Shown here: positions 9,807-19,481 of the stretch, one piece after another | How positions within the stretch are numbered: the stretch's first letter is position 1 | How the letters are laid out: the number at the start of each line of letters is the position of its first letter | Assembly: GCA_044350895.1 (NCBI GenBank) | Contig: JBILGT010000004.1 | Location: forward strand, 3,829-67,828 | Direction of reading: 5' to 3' | DNA length: 64,000 bases | Source: Limisphaerales bacterium | GTDB lineage: Bacteria; Patescibacteriota; Microgenomatia; UBA1400; PJMF01 | Made by a program: the position numbers and the translations under genes | The notes under the pieces: model-generated | Databases searched by the model: none | The model's input: only the letters and a program-made list of their open reading frames with translations | What the model was told of the DNA's origin: nothing

Positions 9807-10874
9807 TTAGGCCGTAACTTCTACAAGTGCGTCAGGCAAAAGCAGTACTGTATTCTCGTGGCGATAGCCAAATTGATTTTCTAGGTAAATTCCCGGTTCA
9901 ATAGTAATCGCCATTCCCACAGCCAGTGGGGTGACACTATTTTTGTAGAGTGATGGTTGCTCATGAATTTCCAGCCCAAGTCCATGCCCGGTGGTATGAA
10001 TAAATTTATCGCCATATCCAGCTTCACTAATGACACTCCGCGCGGCAGCATCGAGATCGGCGGTAGTTACACTGCCACTTTTATTTTGCGTCGCATCAAA
10101 GGCATTTTTGTATGCCTGTAAAACTGTTAATTCGATAGTAGTAAATTCTGCGGACGGGTTACTGCCATACCAAGTGGTGCGAGTCATATCAGCGCAGTAG
10201 TGGTCAACTTTAGCGCCAAGGTCAATCAAAATAACAGTTTCCTTTTTGAGTTTCGTAGCAGTCGGTTGGTGATGTGGAAGACTACTATGCGGCCCAAACG
10301 CCACAATACTGGGAAAGGCGAGTTCGCCTCCATTTTTTTTGATATAAGCTTCAATTTCATATGACAGTTCACGCTCAGTAATATCATCTAACACCAAACT
10401 AAGTGCGTGAGTGTATGCGTCTTTTGTCAGTTTTCCCGCGGCAGTAATTGCGCGTTGTTCTGCGAGATCTTTTATCTGTCTTAATTGCCAAATGTGTTGT
10501 CGCTCCAACGGTGTGAGCGTGAGTGACTGAAATGAAGTAAGTGCTTGGTATTCGTGCACAAATAAATTTCTCGTATCTATCAGCAATTCCTGAATACCCT
10601 GGGTAAGTAAAAGCTGTACAGTGGTGTGTAAACCCTCTGGTGATGGCTGTGTTTGGTAGGTGATTCCTTGAAACTTTTCAATGGGTGAGAAAGATGCGTG
10701 CAGCATAACTACCTGTGAAGTGGTGATAAGCAGAAACGCTTCTCGTTCTTCAGGTACCAGTGTTACAAATCCAGTAAAGTAGGCAATATCGGCAGCTTTA
10801 GAAAGTAAAATACCTTGAGATGGTGTGAGAATTTTTTGAAGTGATCGAATGCGAGGTAAAAAATTATCGCTCAT
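9807..10874 (-). CDS. M24 Xaa-Pro aminopeptidase
   Basis: PHH, IDLGA, YCADMTRT, HTTGHGLGLEIHE, TIEPGIY and RHEN. Confidence 0.93.
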   Translation of the reverse strand: MSDNFLPRIRSLQKILTPSQGILLSKAADIAYFTGFVTLVPEEREAFLLITTSQVVMLHASFSPIEKFQGITYQTQPSPEGLHTTVQLLLTQGIQELLIDTRNLFVHEYQALTSFQSLTLTPLERQHIWQLRQIKDLAEQRAITAAGKLTKDAYTHALSLVLDDITERELSYEIEAYIKKNGGELAFPSIVAFGPHSSLPHHQPTATKLKKETVILIDLGAKVDHYCADMTRTTWYGSNPSAEFTTIELTVLQAYKNAFDATQNKSGSVTTADLDAAARSVISEAGYGDKFIHTTGHGLGLEIHEQPSLYKNSVTPLAVGMAITIEPGIYLENQFGYRHENTVLLLPDALVEVTA

Positions 10875-11604
10875 TTTGAGTGGCTTTGACATCAGTTAAT
10901 GATCTGAGTGTAGAAAGCTCAAGTTGATCTTTGTCGTTACGTGTTCCGACTACAAGGACTGAAAGATCTTCTTCAAAGTCAGTAACTTTGAGTGTACCAC
11001 CATCTGCGTTTTCGAATTTTGCAGCTTTTGGTAGTATAAATGTTTGTTCACCCTGATCACCGCGAGCCATGATGGTAATATTGGTTTTGGTAATTTTGGT
11101 AATAGTACCAAGCATCACAACTTTTTGTTTGGGTTTAAGCGCACTAGCTGAAACGATAATAATTTCTGGGGTAAATTTTTCGTTGGTTCCCATACCAAGG
11201 ACAGTGACCCAATTACCTACTTCAATTTCTTCTGCTTTAATTTTTTTGCCAGCACGCACGATTGTGATGTTTTCAGTGAGTGGCAAAATGCGTGAGTCGC
11301 CGTTTTGCTTAACGGTTAAAGCTTCTTGAGAGAGGCGTGAGACTTCACCAACAAATCCAAATTTATCAGAAAATAAATTGCTAATTGCGCCCCGAACTTG
11401 ATCGCGTTTGGCTACTTTTTCAATTCGTTTTTTAAGTTCAAGGGTGGTTTCCTCTGGTGATGCAGAAGGGGAAGCATCGCTAGAAACCGCACTTTTGGTG
11501 GCAGGTGCTGTAGCGGCGTAGGAAATAGTTGGTATATACATACTTCCGATGAGGAAGCTTGAAAGGCAAAGTGAAAATACTGCTGTTTTAAGTGTTGTAT
11601 GCAT
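10864..11604 (-). CDS. Secreted hypothetical protein with two OB-like (DUF5666-like) repeats
   Basis: Signal peptide; two similar beta-rich repeats (GEVSRLS...EVGNWVTVLG and GTITKIT...EEDLSVLVVG). Confidence 0.6.
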   Translation of the reverse strand: MHTTLKTAVFSLCLSSFLIGSMYIPTISYAATAPATKSAVSSDASPSASPEETTLELKKRIEKVAKRDQVRGAISNLFSDKFGFVGEVSRLSQEALTVKQNGDSRILPLTENITIVRAGKKIKAEEIEVGNWVTVLGMGTNEKFTPEIIIVSASALKPKQKVVMLGTITKITKTNITIMARGDQGEQTFILPKAAKFENADGGTLKVTDFEEDLSVLVVGTRNDKDQLELSTLRSLTDVKATQNER

Positions 11605-11606
11605 AG

Positions 11607-12158
11607 TTATCTGGTTGTTGGTGTCGCTGTAGGTGAAGCCTTTGGTGTAGCTTTTGGCTGAACCGTTGGTTTTACCGTAGCTTTTGGTGTTGGACTGGGC
11701 TTGGCACTTGGTGTGGCAGTTTCGATCTCAGTAATAGGTTGATCGTACAGAGTGGTAACCACAACAGTTCGCTCTTTGGTGACTGTCTTACCATCTTCTG
11801 TGAGAACTTTTACTGTTAATAGATTACTGCCATCTTCCAACGACACTTCAAAACTAAAATTTCCGTCTCCATCACTCTGTCTAATGTATTCAGTATTATT
11901 CACAAATAATACTACATAGACCTCAGGAATTGTACTGCCAGTTACGGTAGTAGACTTCTCCTTTTGGACGCGGCCATCTTCGGGACTGTGGATAGTAATA
12001 AGACTATCAGAAGCGTTGGGAGCTGCGCTGGATGCAGGTGAAGTAACGGGATTCGCAGTTTTTCTGTTGCTTGAAATTCGAAGGCGATAAATACCATATG
12101 TAATTACCAAGCCAAGTAGGAAGCCAATCACAACTGCAACAAGCATTTCTTTTTTCAT
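11607..12158 (-). CDS. Membrane-anchored Ig-like domain protein with Pro/Thr tail
   Basis: N-terminal TM; ITIHSPEDG...VTGST...DGNFSFEVSLEDGSN Ig-like pattern; PT-rich C-terminus. Confidence 0.7.
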   Translation of the reverse strand: MKKEMLVAVVIGFLLGLVITYGIYRLRISSNRKTANPVTSPASSAAPNASDSLITIHSPEDGRVQKEKSTTVTGSTIPEVYVVLFVNNTEYIRQSDGDGNFSFEVSLEDGSNLLTVKVLTEDGKTVTKERTVVVTTLYDQPITEIETATPSAKPSPTPKATVKPTVQPKATPKASPTATPTTR

Positions 12159-12352
12159 AACGTACGGTATTCATTATAACTCATGTACTAAGGTAGCGCG
12201 TACTGAGAGACAGTGGTATTATTACTCCACTGATTTGAATCGCACTATAGTGCATAGAGTTACGAACAGTGTAATAGGGTAGCAAGTAGTTGTATCGTTG
12301 TCTAGCGTAATAGCGAAACAGTACGTATCAGCAGTACAAGGAGTATCACAAC

Positions 12353-13015
12353 ATGACAATTACATATCATGGTCATTCATCATTTAAGCTTAAGGGTAAG
12401 CGCGGTATGGTGGTAACAGATCCATATGAGGCGTATGTTGGTTTCAACTTACCAGCTTTGACTGCAGATATTGTTACGGTATCCCATGATCACCCTGATC
12501 ACAACGCTGCTAGTAAAGTCAAAGGTACCACGCGTCGAGAAAAACCTTTTGTGATTGATAAGCCAGGTGAGTATGAGCTTGGTGGTATTTCTGTCTTTGG
12601 TGTTCCGTCATATCACGACAACAGTAAAGGTAGTGAGCGTGGCCGTAATACGATATTTACAATTTTGCTTGATGATCTGCGTGTCTGTCATCTGGGTGAC
12701 TTAGGTCACGAGATTACTGCTGAAATTCAAGAAGATATCGGTGAAGTTGATATTCTTATGGTCCCAGTGGGTGGTGTATTTTCACTCAATTCTGAACAAG
12801 CAGTCAAGGCAATTCGTGCGCTCGAGCCAAGTATTGTTATCCCAATGCATTACAAAACAGATGCACATGATCAAAACTTATTTGGTGAAATGCAGACTGT
12901 TGGTCAGTTTTTGAAAGAGTATGGAGTAGAAGTAACTCCAGTTGCCAAACTTGATATTGAAAAAATCAATTTACCAGAAGAAACTGAAGTTGTAGTTTTA
13001 GTTGAACAAATTTAA
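12353..13015 (+). CDS. MBL-fold metallo-hydrolase
   Basis: GHSSF, SHDHPDHN, HLGD and PMHY; AGGAG RBS. Confidence 0.92.
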   Translation: MTITYHGHSSFKLKGKRGMVVTDPYEAYVGFNLPALTADIVTVSHDHPDHNAASKVKGTTRREKPFVIDKPGEYELGGISVFGVPSYHDNSKGSERGRNTIFTILLDDLRVCHLGDLGHEITAEIQEDIGEVDILMVPVGGVFSLNSEQAVKAIRALEPSIVIPMHYKTDAHDQNLFGEMQTVGQFLKEYGVEVTPVAKLDIEKINLPEETEVVVLVEQI

Positions 13016-13026
13016 ATAAGGAATAT

Positions 13027-14337
13027 ATGGCAAAACCGAAGCTGCCTCCTCACGATACCGAGGCAGAAAAGTCTTTGCTGGGTGCACTGCTTGTTGATCC
13101 TGATGCGTTAGTCAAGGTCGCTGACTTAATTAAGCCAGAAAGTTTTTACAATCCTGCACACAACATTATTTATGCTGCAATAGAACATCTCTATGAAAAG
13201 CGGCAGCCTGTTGATGCAATTACCCTGACCAATCAGCTCAAGAAGATGAAAAAGCTTGATGAAGCTGGCGGAACAGCAGCCCTTGCTCATCTTTCTAATA
13301 TTCTCTCAACTGCTGCCAATGTGGTGGAGTACGCCAAAGTTGTGGCGTCATTATATGTCAAACGTCGCATTATCTCGATCTCAGCAGAGCTGACCGAGCA
13401 GGCGTTCGATGATTCCAAAGAATCAAATGACGTGCTTGATTCAGCCGAACAAAAAGTCTTTGCAATTTCTCAAAGTAATGGCAGTCGAGCATTTACCAGT
13501 ATCAAGGATACGTTGGTAGAGAGTTTCGAGCGCCTTGATGAACTACAGCGTAACGGTGGGGAGCTCAGAGGCGTCCCAACAGGCTTTGCTGATCTAGATC
13601 AGCTCTTGGCAGGTATGCAGAAGTCAAACCTGCTTATTCTGGCAGCTCGGCCAGGTATGGGAAAAACTGCATTTGCCCTTAATATTGCGCATCACGTTGT
13701 GGTTACGGCAAAGCAGCGAGTGGGCGTATTCTCATTGGAAATGAGTAGAGAAGAGTTGGTGGACCGGTTGCTGGTTTCTCAGGCAGATATTGATGCATGG
13801 CGTTTGAAAACTGGACGGCTAGATCAACAGGACTTCATGAAGCTTTCTGATGCCATGGGTGTTTTGGCTGATGCGCAGCTTTTTATTGACGATTCTCCTG
13901 GTCTTACTATTTTTGAAATGAGAACTCGTGCTCGACGTCTGATGACAGAACATCACATCGATTTCTTGGTTGTTGACTATCTCCAGCTCGCCCAAGGTCG
14001 TACCAAAGATAATCGTGTCCAAGAAGTGGGTGAAATTTCTCAGGGATTAAAGAATATTGCTCGTGAACTAAAAATTCCAGTTTTGGCACTGGCTCAGTTG
14101 TCGCGTGCTGTGGAAAGTCGCGGCGAGCGTGTGCCACAACTTTCAGACCTTCGTGAATCTGGATCTATTGAGCAAGATGCTGACGTCGTGATGTTCTTGT
14201 ACCGTAAAGATGATGATGTGCGCGAATCAGTTAACTTAAAAATTGCCAAACACCGTAATGGTGCGCTGGGTGATATTGACCTGTATTTCAAGGGCGACCG
14301 TATTAAATTCTATGGTATGGAAACAAGAAGAGGCTAG
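13027..14337 (+). CDS. dnaB: Replicative DNA helicase
   Basis: AARPGMGKT, FSLEM, VDYLQL, LAQLSR and DLRESGSIEQDAD; no intein. Confidence 0.98.
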   Translation: MAKPKLPPHDTEAEKSLLGALLVDPDALVKVADLIKPESFYNPAHNIIYAAIEHLYEKRQPVDAITLTNQLKKMKKLDEAGGTAALAHLSNILSTAANVVEYAKVVASLYVKRRIISISAELTEQAFDDSKESNDVLDSAEQKVFAISQSNGSRAFTSIKDTLVESFERLDELQRNGGELRGVPTGFADLDQLLAGMQKSNLLILAARPGMGKTAFALNIAHHVVVTAKQRVGVFSLEMSREELVDRLLVSQADIDAWRLKTGRLDQQDFMKLSDAMGVLADAQLFIDDSPGLTIFEMRTRARRLMTEHHIDFLVVDYLQLAQGRTKDNRVQEVGEISQGLKNIARELKIPVLALAQLSRAVESRGERVPQLSDLRESGSIEQDADVVMFLYRKDDDVRESVNLKIAKHRNGALGDIDLYFKGDRIKFYGMETRRG

Positions 14338-14343
14338 GTTGAA

Positions 14344-14586
14344 TTAGCTTCGAGGTGCTGCTGAGAAGCCAAACAGCAGATAGACAAGTGTCCCTGAGAG
14401 AACGATAAATAACAAAATAAATCCCAGATTTTGCTTAATCTTTGAATGGCCTTGTTCTGGACGAGGTGTGTCTGTACTGACAATTATGCCGCCGGCAATG
14501 ACAACCCAAAAGAGTCCACGCAGAATAACTGACCAGATGCTTGTGACATCAAGCAGCGATTGCACGATTGTGCGAATAGTTTCCAT
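14344..14586 (-). CDS. Small two-TM membrane protein
   Basis: 80 aa with two hydrophobic helices around a short charged loop. Confidence 0.65.
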   Translation of the reverse strand: METIRTIVQSLLDVTSIWSVILRGLFWVVIAGGIIVSTDTPRPEQGHSKIKQNLGFILLFIVLSGTLVYLLFGFSAAPRS

Positions 14587-14691
14587 AACACAATCAATAT
14601 GAATGAAATTGAGAAAAAAAGCAAATTTATCGATTGGCTATAATTTTTTGAGAATAAAATTTACAGTAATTTTTGTTACAACTGAGCGTTA

Positions 14692-15888
14692 TTAGGGAGC
14701 TAAAAAAGCCCATGAAAAGCGAGCATACTCTTTGAGTATCCTTCGTTGAATTGGTAATAGAGTGGCTGCTGCTTCAGGGTTAATACCTTTAATTTGCTCA
14801 TCTTTAACTGTCATCTCAGTAGGTTTAACAAGTGGAAAGTGTCTTGACCAACTCCTTAATAAACGGGGAACAATAGCCCATTTGCGAATACCTTTTTCCC
14901 AGTCGAATTCAATACCAATTGAGCCATTTGCCCCATGATACATATTTTTCCAAGTTTCAGGGTGTTCAACAATTATATTTTCCTTATATAAATTTAGTAA
15001 TCTTAGCGATGTAGTACTTAAAGTATATGTATCAGTAAGAATTTTTAATCTTTCTTCACGCTCAGCAACTGGTAAGAGCTTAATTTGGGATTGTTCCAAC
15101 CGCAATGCCTCTAAATCCACAAAGCAATTTGCAAATTCATCCCAGATTTCAAGCCATACTTGGGTGATTTCTTTCATTTGTTGTAATTCATCGTCTGAAA
15201 TAGGAAGAGTAACTGGTTTTTCGCAGATTGTAATAACATTCTTTTGTGTTTGTGTAAAATCTATATCTGGAAAAGCTGATCTCATGCTATCTACAAAAAT
15301 AAAAACATTTGGATCTCTATCTAAATACTCATATCCCTCAAAGTCTCCCAGCCTTCCATTTGGTGTAAATGCGTCTGGAAACTCGGCTAGACTGTGACCA
15401 TATGCTTGAATATGCAGATGAAAAGGTAAAAAGCTCGTGTTATATGAAGTTTTTGGATTGATATCATGTGGTCCAAAGTGTTGAAACATGTAACTTTTAT
15501 CTAAATTATGTCCGTCGGCTCTACATGTGTTCACAACTGATCCATGTAGGATCTGAGCAAAATTAAAAAATGTTTTAAGGTCTGATAATTCTAGTTCACT
15601 AATTTTATTGATAACAGGTGAATCTGATGTCATAGGTATTAACGACATCATTGCCTCATAAGGGCGTGAGGGGGCATATTTTGGAAAAATTACGACCTTA
15701 TGGGTTCCCTGATTAATGTCACCTGCAACAAACGCTACACCTTCATCAATAAGTGTCTGTAAACCCGCATCCAATAACTCATCATATACTGGTTTGTCCA
15801 TATTAGGACGTTTGCCATTTGGAAAACGAAACTTATCTACAATTGAGTAAGAGTAAAAAACTGGTATTTCACGACTCATGTTAGGCAT
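14692..15888 (-). CDS. Hypothetical protein with GalT/HIT-like domain (HxHxQ)
   Basis: FPKYAPSRPYEAMM...ISELELSDL...PFHLHIQ resembles the HIT-superfamily GalT branch. Confidence 0.55.
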   Translation of the reverse strand: MPNMSREIPVFYSYSIVDKFRFPNGKRPNMDKPVYDELLDAGLQTLIDEGVAFVAGDINQGTHKVVIFPKYAPSRPYEAMMSLIPMTSDSPVINKISELELSDLKTFFNFAQILHGSVVNTCRADGHNLDKSYMFQHFGPHDINPKTSYNTSFLPFHLHIQAYGHSLAEFPDAFTPNGRLGDFEGYEYLDRDPNVFIFVDSMRSAFPDIDFTQTQKNVITICEKPVTLPISDDELQQMKEITQVWLEIWDEFANCFVDLEALRLEQSQIKLLPVAEREERLKILTDTYTLSTTSLRLLNLYKENIIVEHPETWKNMYHGANGSIGIEFDWEKGIRKWAIVPRLLRSWSRHFPLVKPTEMTVKDEQIKGINPEAAATLLPIQRRILKEYARFSWAFLAP

Positions 15889-15906
15889 AACTTAAGTCAA
15901 TTACTT

Positions 15907-16632
15907 TTACGATTCAGTATCTCTTGATAACAAATTTCTTTGTTCAATAAAGAAATCACGCAGCAACCCAATTTCCCGTATGAGGTTTTTTTTCGAATCA
16001 CTACTGTGAAATACAGTATTGTGTTCACTTCCTTGGAAGAGAGAACGAAGTGTTCCGTAGTACCGTGAGGTTTTCAAAACCTTTAAACGCCACTCGGCAC
16101 CAACGTTTTTGCGCCATGTTTCAATTGCATCATTCCCTTCAAGAAATAGCACTGTGGTTGGCCAATGAAGCATAGTATATGCCCATTCATGCCAACGATT
16201 AGGATGTTCGACTTCATATCTAGAAGAGTTTATGGCAGGTTTTCTGAGCTGACGTCTTTGTGCTCCGCCTTTATAAAAATCTTGTAAAAGTGGATAGTCG
16301 AAGATGAGTGAAAAAACTGCAAATGGAAATAATCCTAGGTTGGGTGAAAAAGTGTAATTAATCAATGCTTCTGTTAATTCTGGATCTGATAAACCGGGCT
16401 CAGTATTAAGTAATAAATGTCCATTGTAGCTAATAGCCTCATCCATGCGTGGTTTGATAAGAGCAATTGTTACTTCTCCTTGTTGTAAAGCCGTACTGGA
16501 TGCGACGGAGTCGAGTAGTGAAACAACGGTATTAACTTTGCCAATAAGTGGAAGGGCATCATGATTACTAGTAAGAAAAGTATTCCCTTTATCTGAGTAA
16601 AGTGGTTGGCGTTCAATGAGTGCCTTAGTCAT
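15907..16632 (-). CDS. Divergent nucleoside-diphosphate kinase-like protein
   Basis: TIALIKP, PTTVLFLEGNDAIETWRKNVG, GTLR and NTVFHSSDS...REI with the catalytic His retained. Confidence 0.75.
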   Translation of the reverse strand: MTKALIERQPLYSDKGNTFLTSNHDALPLIGKVNTVVSLLDSVASSTALQQGEVTIALIKPRMDEAISYNGHLLLNTEPGLSDPELTEALINYTFSPNLGLFPFAVFSLIFDYPLLQDFYKGGAQRRQLRKPAINSSRYEVEHPNRWHEWAYTMLHWPTTVLFLEGNDAIETWRKNVGAEWRLKVLKTSRYYGTLRSLFQGSEHNTVFHSSDSKKNLIREIGLLRDFFIEQRNLLSRDTES

Positions 16633-16781
16633 ACAAAAATGTATTACTACCTATAGTATATCATATAATACATATTTATTATGTATTTAAAATGATTTAA
16701 TCCCAATATTTATAACGAAATTCTAGGAGCAAATGAGGCTTATGATATGGGAAAAAGTGTTATAATACACCTCTGTATCTT

Positions 16782-16867
16782 GCCACTGTGGCGGAACTGG
16801 TAGACGCGTGGGTCTCAAAAACCCATGAGCCTTAAAACTCGTGTCGGTTCGATTCCGACCAGTGGCA
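16782..16867 (+). tRNA. tRNA-Leu(CAA)
   Basis: GCCACUG/CAGUGGC acceptor, anticodon loop CUCAAAA, long variable arm and UUCGAUU T loop. Confidence 0.96.
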
Positions 16868-16887
16868 CATTATGGTAGTATGAGTAA

Positions 16888-17817
16888 GTGAGCGAAAACG
16901 ATTCATTATTTACCCTTCCATTTACCGTTATAGAACAGCTTGGGACTCGGTCAGAGTTATCCCCTGAAAGATATAAGCCTTCATACATTTCAAGAATTTT
17001 AAATAGAGCAATTGCTCCAGAATTTCATAATCCACAAGCAAGATTTTTGAGGGGTCATTTTTTTATTGAGCCACCAGAACGCTTCTCAACATTAAATTCT
17101 GGCAGCAGAATAACTTTTAATTCAGGTGATAAGCAGGTGGTGCTGGAAGGAATGTCATACCCAGGATCAACTCATGGTAAGGAACTATTTGATCAACTTG
17201 ATGAAAAGGTTTCTAACATAGATGTAAAAAGCTTGAATGAAGAGCAGTTATCAATTGTCGCTGCATTTTTAACTATTTGTAGCGTTACTATTCATCCATT
17301 TCGCGATTCAAATGGCAGAGGAGCAGTAGGATTAGCTGATGTATTTCTCAGATCTAACACAGGTACAACCTTCGATTATGAGAAATTGGTTGAGCATAAT
17401 CAAACTTTAGTTAATTTATTAGTGATTGGTTCATTAAGTTTATTGCCACCCTCCCACAATCCTGAAATATGTGCCATGCAGATGGCCGTTGAGGACAAAT
17501 ATTTGGAAATAAAAATTCCTAACATGCAGAATGCTTCAGTTGAAGAGGTATCAGCATTTCTGAAAGATTTTTCAGATACTATCACCGCATTCATACGAAC
17601 TTTTGATGTGGCTCAAGCCACTGAAAAACCTGCCAGAATATTTGATCCCAACTATAGTATTCATAAGTTGGCGGCACTTTTCAGAGAAGTACATAAACCG
17701 ATCGATAGTCAGGAACGTGTTAAACAGATCCAGGCCAATATAAAAGCTATTTTTCAAGCGGAGCAGGCGTTGCAAAGCAGAACCGCTGAGACACCACCTA
17801 CCGAAGCAGATAAATAG
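16888..17817 (+). CDS. Fic/Doc-family protein with non-canonical motif
   Basis: IHPFRDSNGRGAV compared with the canonical HPFxDGNGRxxR. Confidence 0.8.
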   Translation: MSENDSLFTLPFTVIEQLGTRSELSPERYKPSYISRILNRAIAPEFHNPQARFLRGHFFIEPPERFSTLNSGSRITFNSGDKQVVLEGMSYPGSTHGKELFDQLDEKVSNIDVKSLNEEQLSIVAAFLTICSVTIHPFRDSNGRGAVGLADVFLRSNTGTTFDYEKLVEHNQTLVNLLVIGSLSLLPPSHNPEICAMQMAVEDKYLEIKIPNMQNASVEEVSAFLKDFSDTITAFIRTFDVAQATEKPARIFDPNYSIHKLAALFREVHKPIDSQERVKQIQANIKAIFQAEQALQSRTAETPPTEADK

Positions 17818-18247
17818 CAATCACCAGGATAATTTGAGGAGCAAGTCCGAGCCACATATTGGGAATTGAGTGGTGGAATTTGCCGTGCAGATCATTGAAT
17901 GGCTTAAGGAAAAATGGTTCCCATTTTAAGAAATTGCGTGGTGCTTCCATAAAATCTGGAACAAGCCCAACAAATGCGCCGAAGGCAATATGATAGAACG
18001 CTGGTGTTCCCACTGCATCCTTCCAAAAATAGTAGACTAGCCCAATTGTAATTGCTAAATCAACAAGTTCCAACAAAATTGCCGTACTACGTTTTCGTTT
18101 TCCTTTGGAAAGGCCAGTGCCCACATCCCAGTGAGGCATCCAGTCTTGGAGGTAGTGAAATGCCAACGTGATCGGGACGTAGATAAACGGATTTGGAATC
18201 TTGCTAGCAATAAACGCACCGGTGAGCGAGTGGGGTATAGAGAGCAT
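17798..18247 (-). CDS. Membrane protein, putative metal-dependent hydrolase
   Basis: PHSLTGA, FHYLQDWMPHWD, VPD and FHH putative metal ligands among TM helices. Confidence 0.65.
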   Translation of the reverse strand: MLSIPHSLTGAFIASKIPNPFIYVPITLAFHYLQDWMPHWDVGTGLSKGKRKRSTAILLELVDLAITIGLVYYFWKDAVGTPAFYHIAFGAFVGLVPDFMEAPRNFLKWEPFFLKPFNDLHGKFHHSIPNMWLGLAPQIILVIAIYLLR

Positions 18248-18276
18248 ACGAGAATATAGTATACAATAACTGTTGT

Positions 18277-19092
18277 ATGTTTCCTGTACTTCTTAGCTTC
18301 GGACCATTCGAACTGCGCACACTGAGTGTTTTTCTTATTGTGGCTTTTTTAACCAGTTCTTTTATTTTCTGGCGAAAGGGAAGAGAAGAGCATTACAATG
18401 AGGGTGAATTTTTTGATGGATTTATTCTGGCCACACTGGTTGGATTCGTGGCTGGCCGAGTGGGATTCATTGCACTCAACTATGAGCGATTTGGCCTAGC
18501 AGTACTGCACTGGTTTGATATTTTTGCCTACCCAGGCATAAATGGCGTGATTGGGCTACTGTGTGCCACAGTATATTTATATCGATATGCTCAGCACAAC
18601 AAATGGGATGTTTTTGAAGTTTTAGACTTCTGGGTGCTTTCACTCACCAGTGGACTGACGCTGGGATACATTGGGCTATTTTTTGATGGAACAGCAGTGG
18701 GAAGAGCCACAACGTTACCAATTGGACTTGTTTTCCCTGGTTTAATCGAGCCACACCACCCTGCACAACTCTATGCTGCATTCTTTTTTGGAATTATCAG
18801 TATGTATCTGAGTCGAGTAGAGTATCGCTATCGCACGTTTGAGTGGTATCGATCTGGCAAAAAAACAGCGCAAACGGGTTTCCTTGTTAGTATTTTCTTG
18901 ATAGCGACATCGCTCTTTTTCTTTATTGTCAGTTGGGTAAAAACACCAGTTTTCTCAATTGCTGGAATAGATCTTGATAGAATCCTAGCACTACTGGCAT
19001 TTGTAGGTGGCGTAATATTACTCTATACCAGATCTGGTAGAACATTTCTTAAACGCAAACCAGCATATTCACCAGTAAATTCAGAATCATGA
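18277..19092 (+). CDS. lgt: Prolipoprotein diacylglyceryl transferase
   Basis: MFPVLLSFGP, GRVGF, G..T.LPIG and HPAQLY; adjacent to lspA. Confidence 0.85.
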   Translation: MFPVLLSFGPFELRTLSVFLIVAFLTSSFIFWRKGREEHYNEGEFFDGFILATLVGFVAGRVGFIALNYERFGLAVLHWFDIFAYPGINGVIGLLCATVYLYRYAQHNKWDVFEVLDFWVLSLTSGLTLGYIGLFFDGTAVGRATTLPIGLVFPGLIEPHHPAQLYAAFFFGIISMYLSRVEYRYRTFEWYRSGKKTAQTGFLVSIFLIATSLFFFIVSWVKTPVFSIAGIDLDRILALLAFVGGVILLYTRSGRTFLKRKPAYSPVNSES

Positions 19093-19481
19093 AGTACTCA
19101 GTACCACTTTTTTTTGTTGCCCTGATTGTCGATCAGTTTTCAAAATTCATAGTGCAAAAGCAGAGTGGAATTATTCTCAACGATGGAGTGTCATTTGGTC
19201 TGTTCTCATTTGTTTCCCCTGTTATACTGCATATAGCAAGCCTTTTGCTGATAGTTGTTTTGACTTGGCAGTTTCTAGACTACTGGAAAAAACATCTGCT
19301 GGCGGCAAGTTTATTTTTTGCTGGCGCATTTTCTAATAGTCTTGATAGAATCTGGTGGGGTGGAGTTCGTGATTGGCTACCCATTCCAGGATTTGCACTC
19401 CATAATAATTTGGCCGACTGGTATATTGCAATTAGCTTGATTTATCTGGCATTATTTGAAATAAGAAAAAAATATGAATAA
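19089..19481 (+). CDS. lspA: Signal peptidase II
   Basis: DQFSK, NDGVSFG, GAFSNSLDR, GVRDW and NLAD. Confidence 0.9.
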   Translation: MKYSVPLFFVALIVDQFSKFIVQKQSGIILNDGVSFGLFSFVSPVILHIASLLLIVVLTWQFLDYWKKHLLAASLFFAGAFSNSLDRIWWGGVRDWLPIPGFALHNNLADWYIAISLIYLALFEIRKKYE

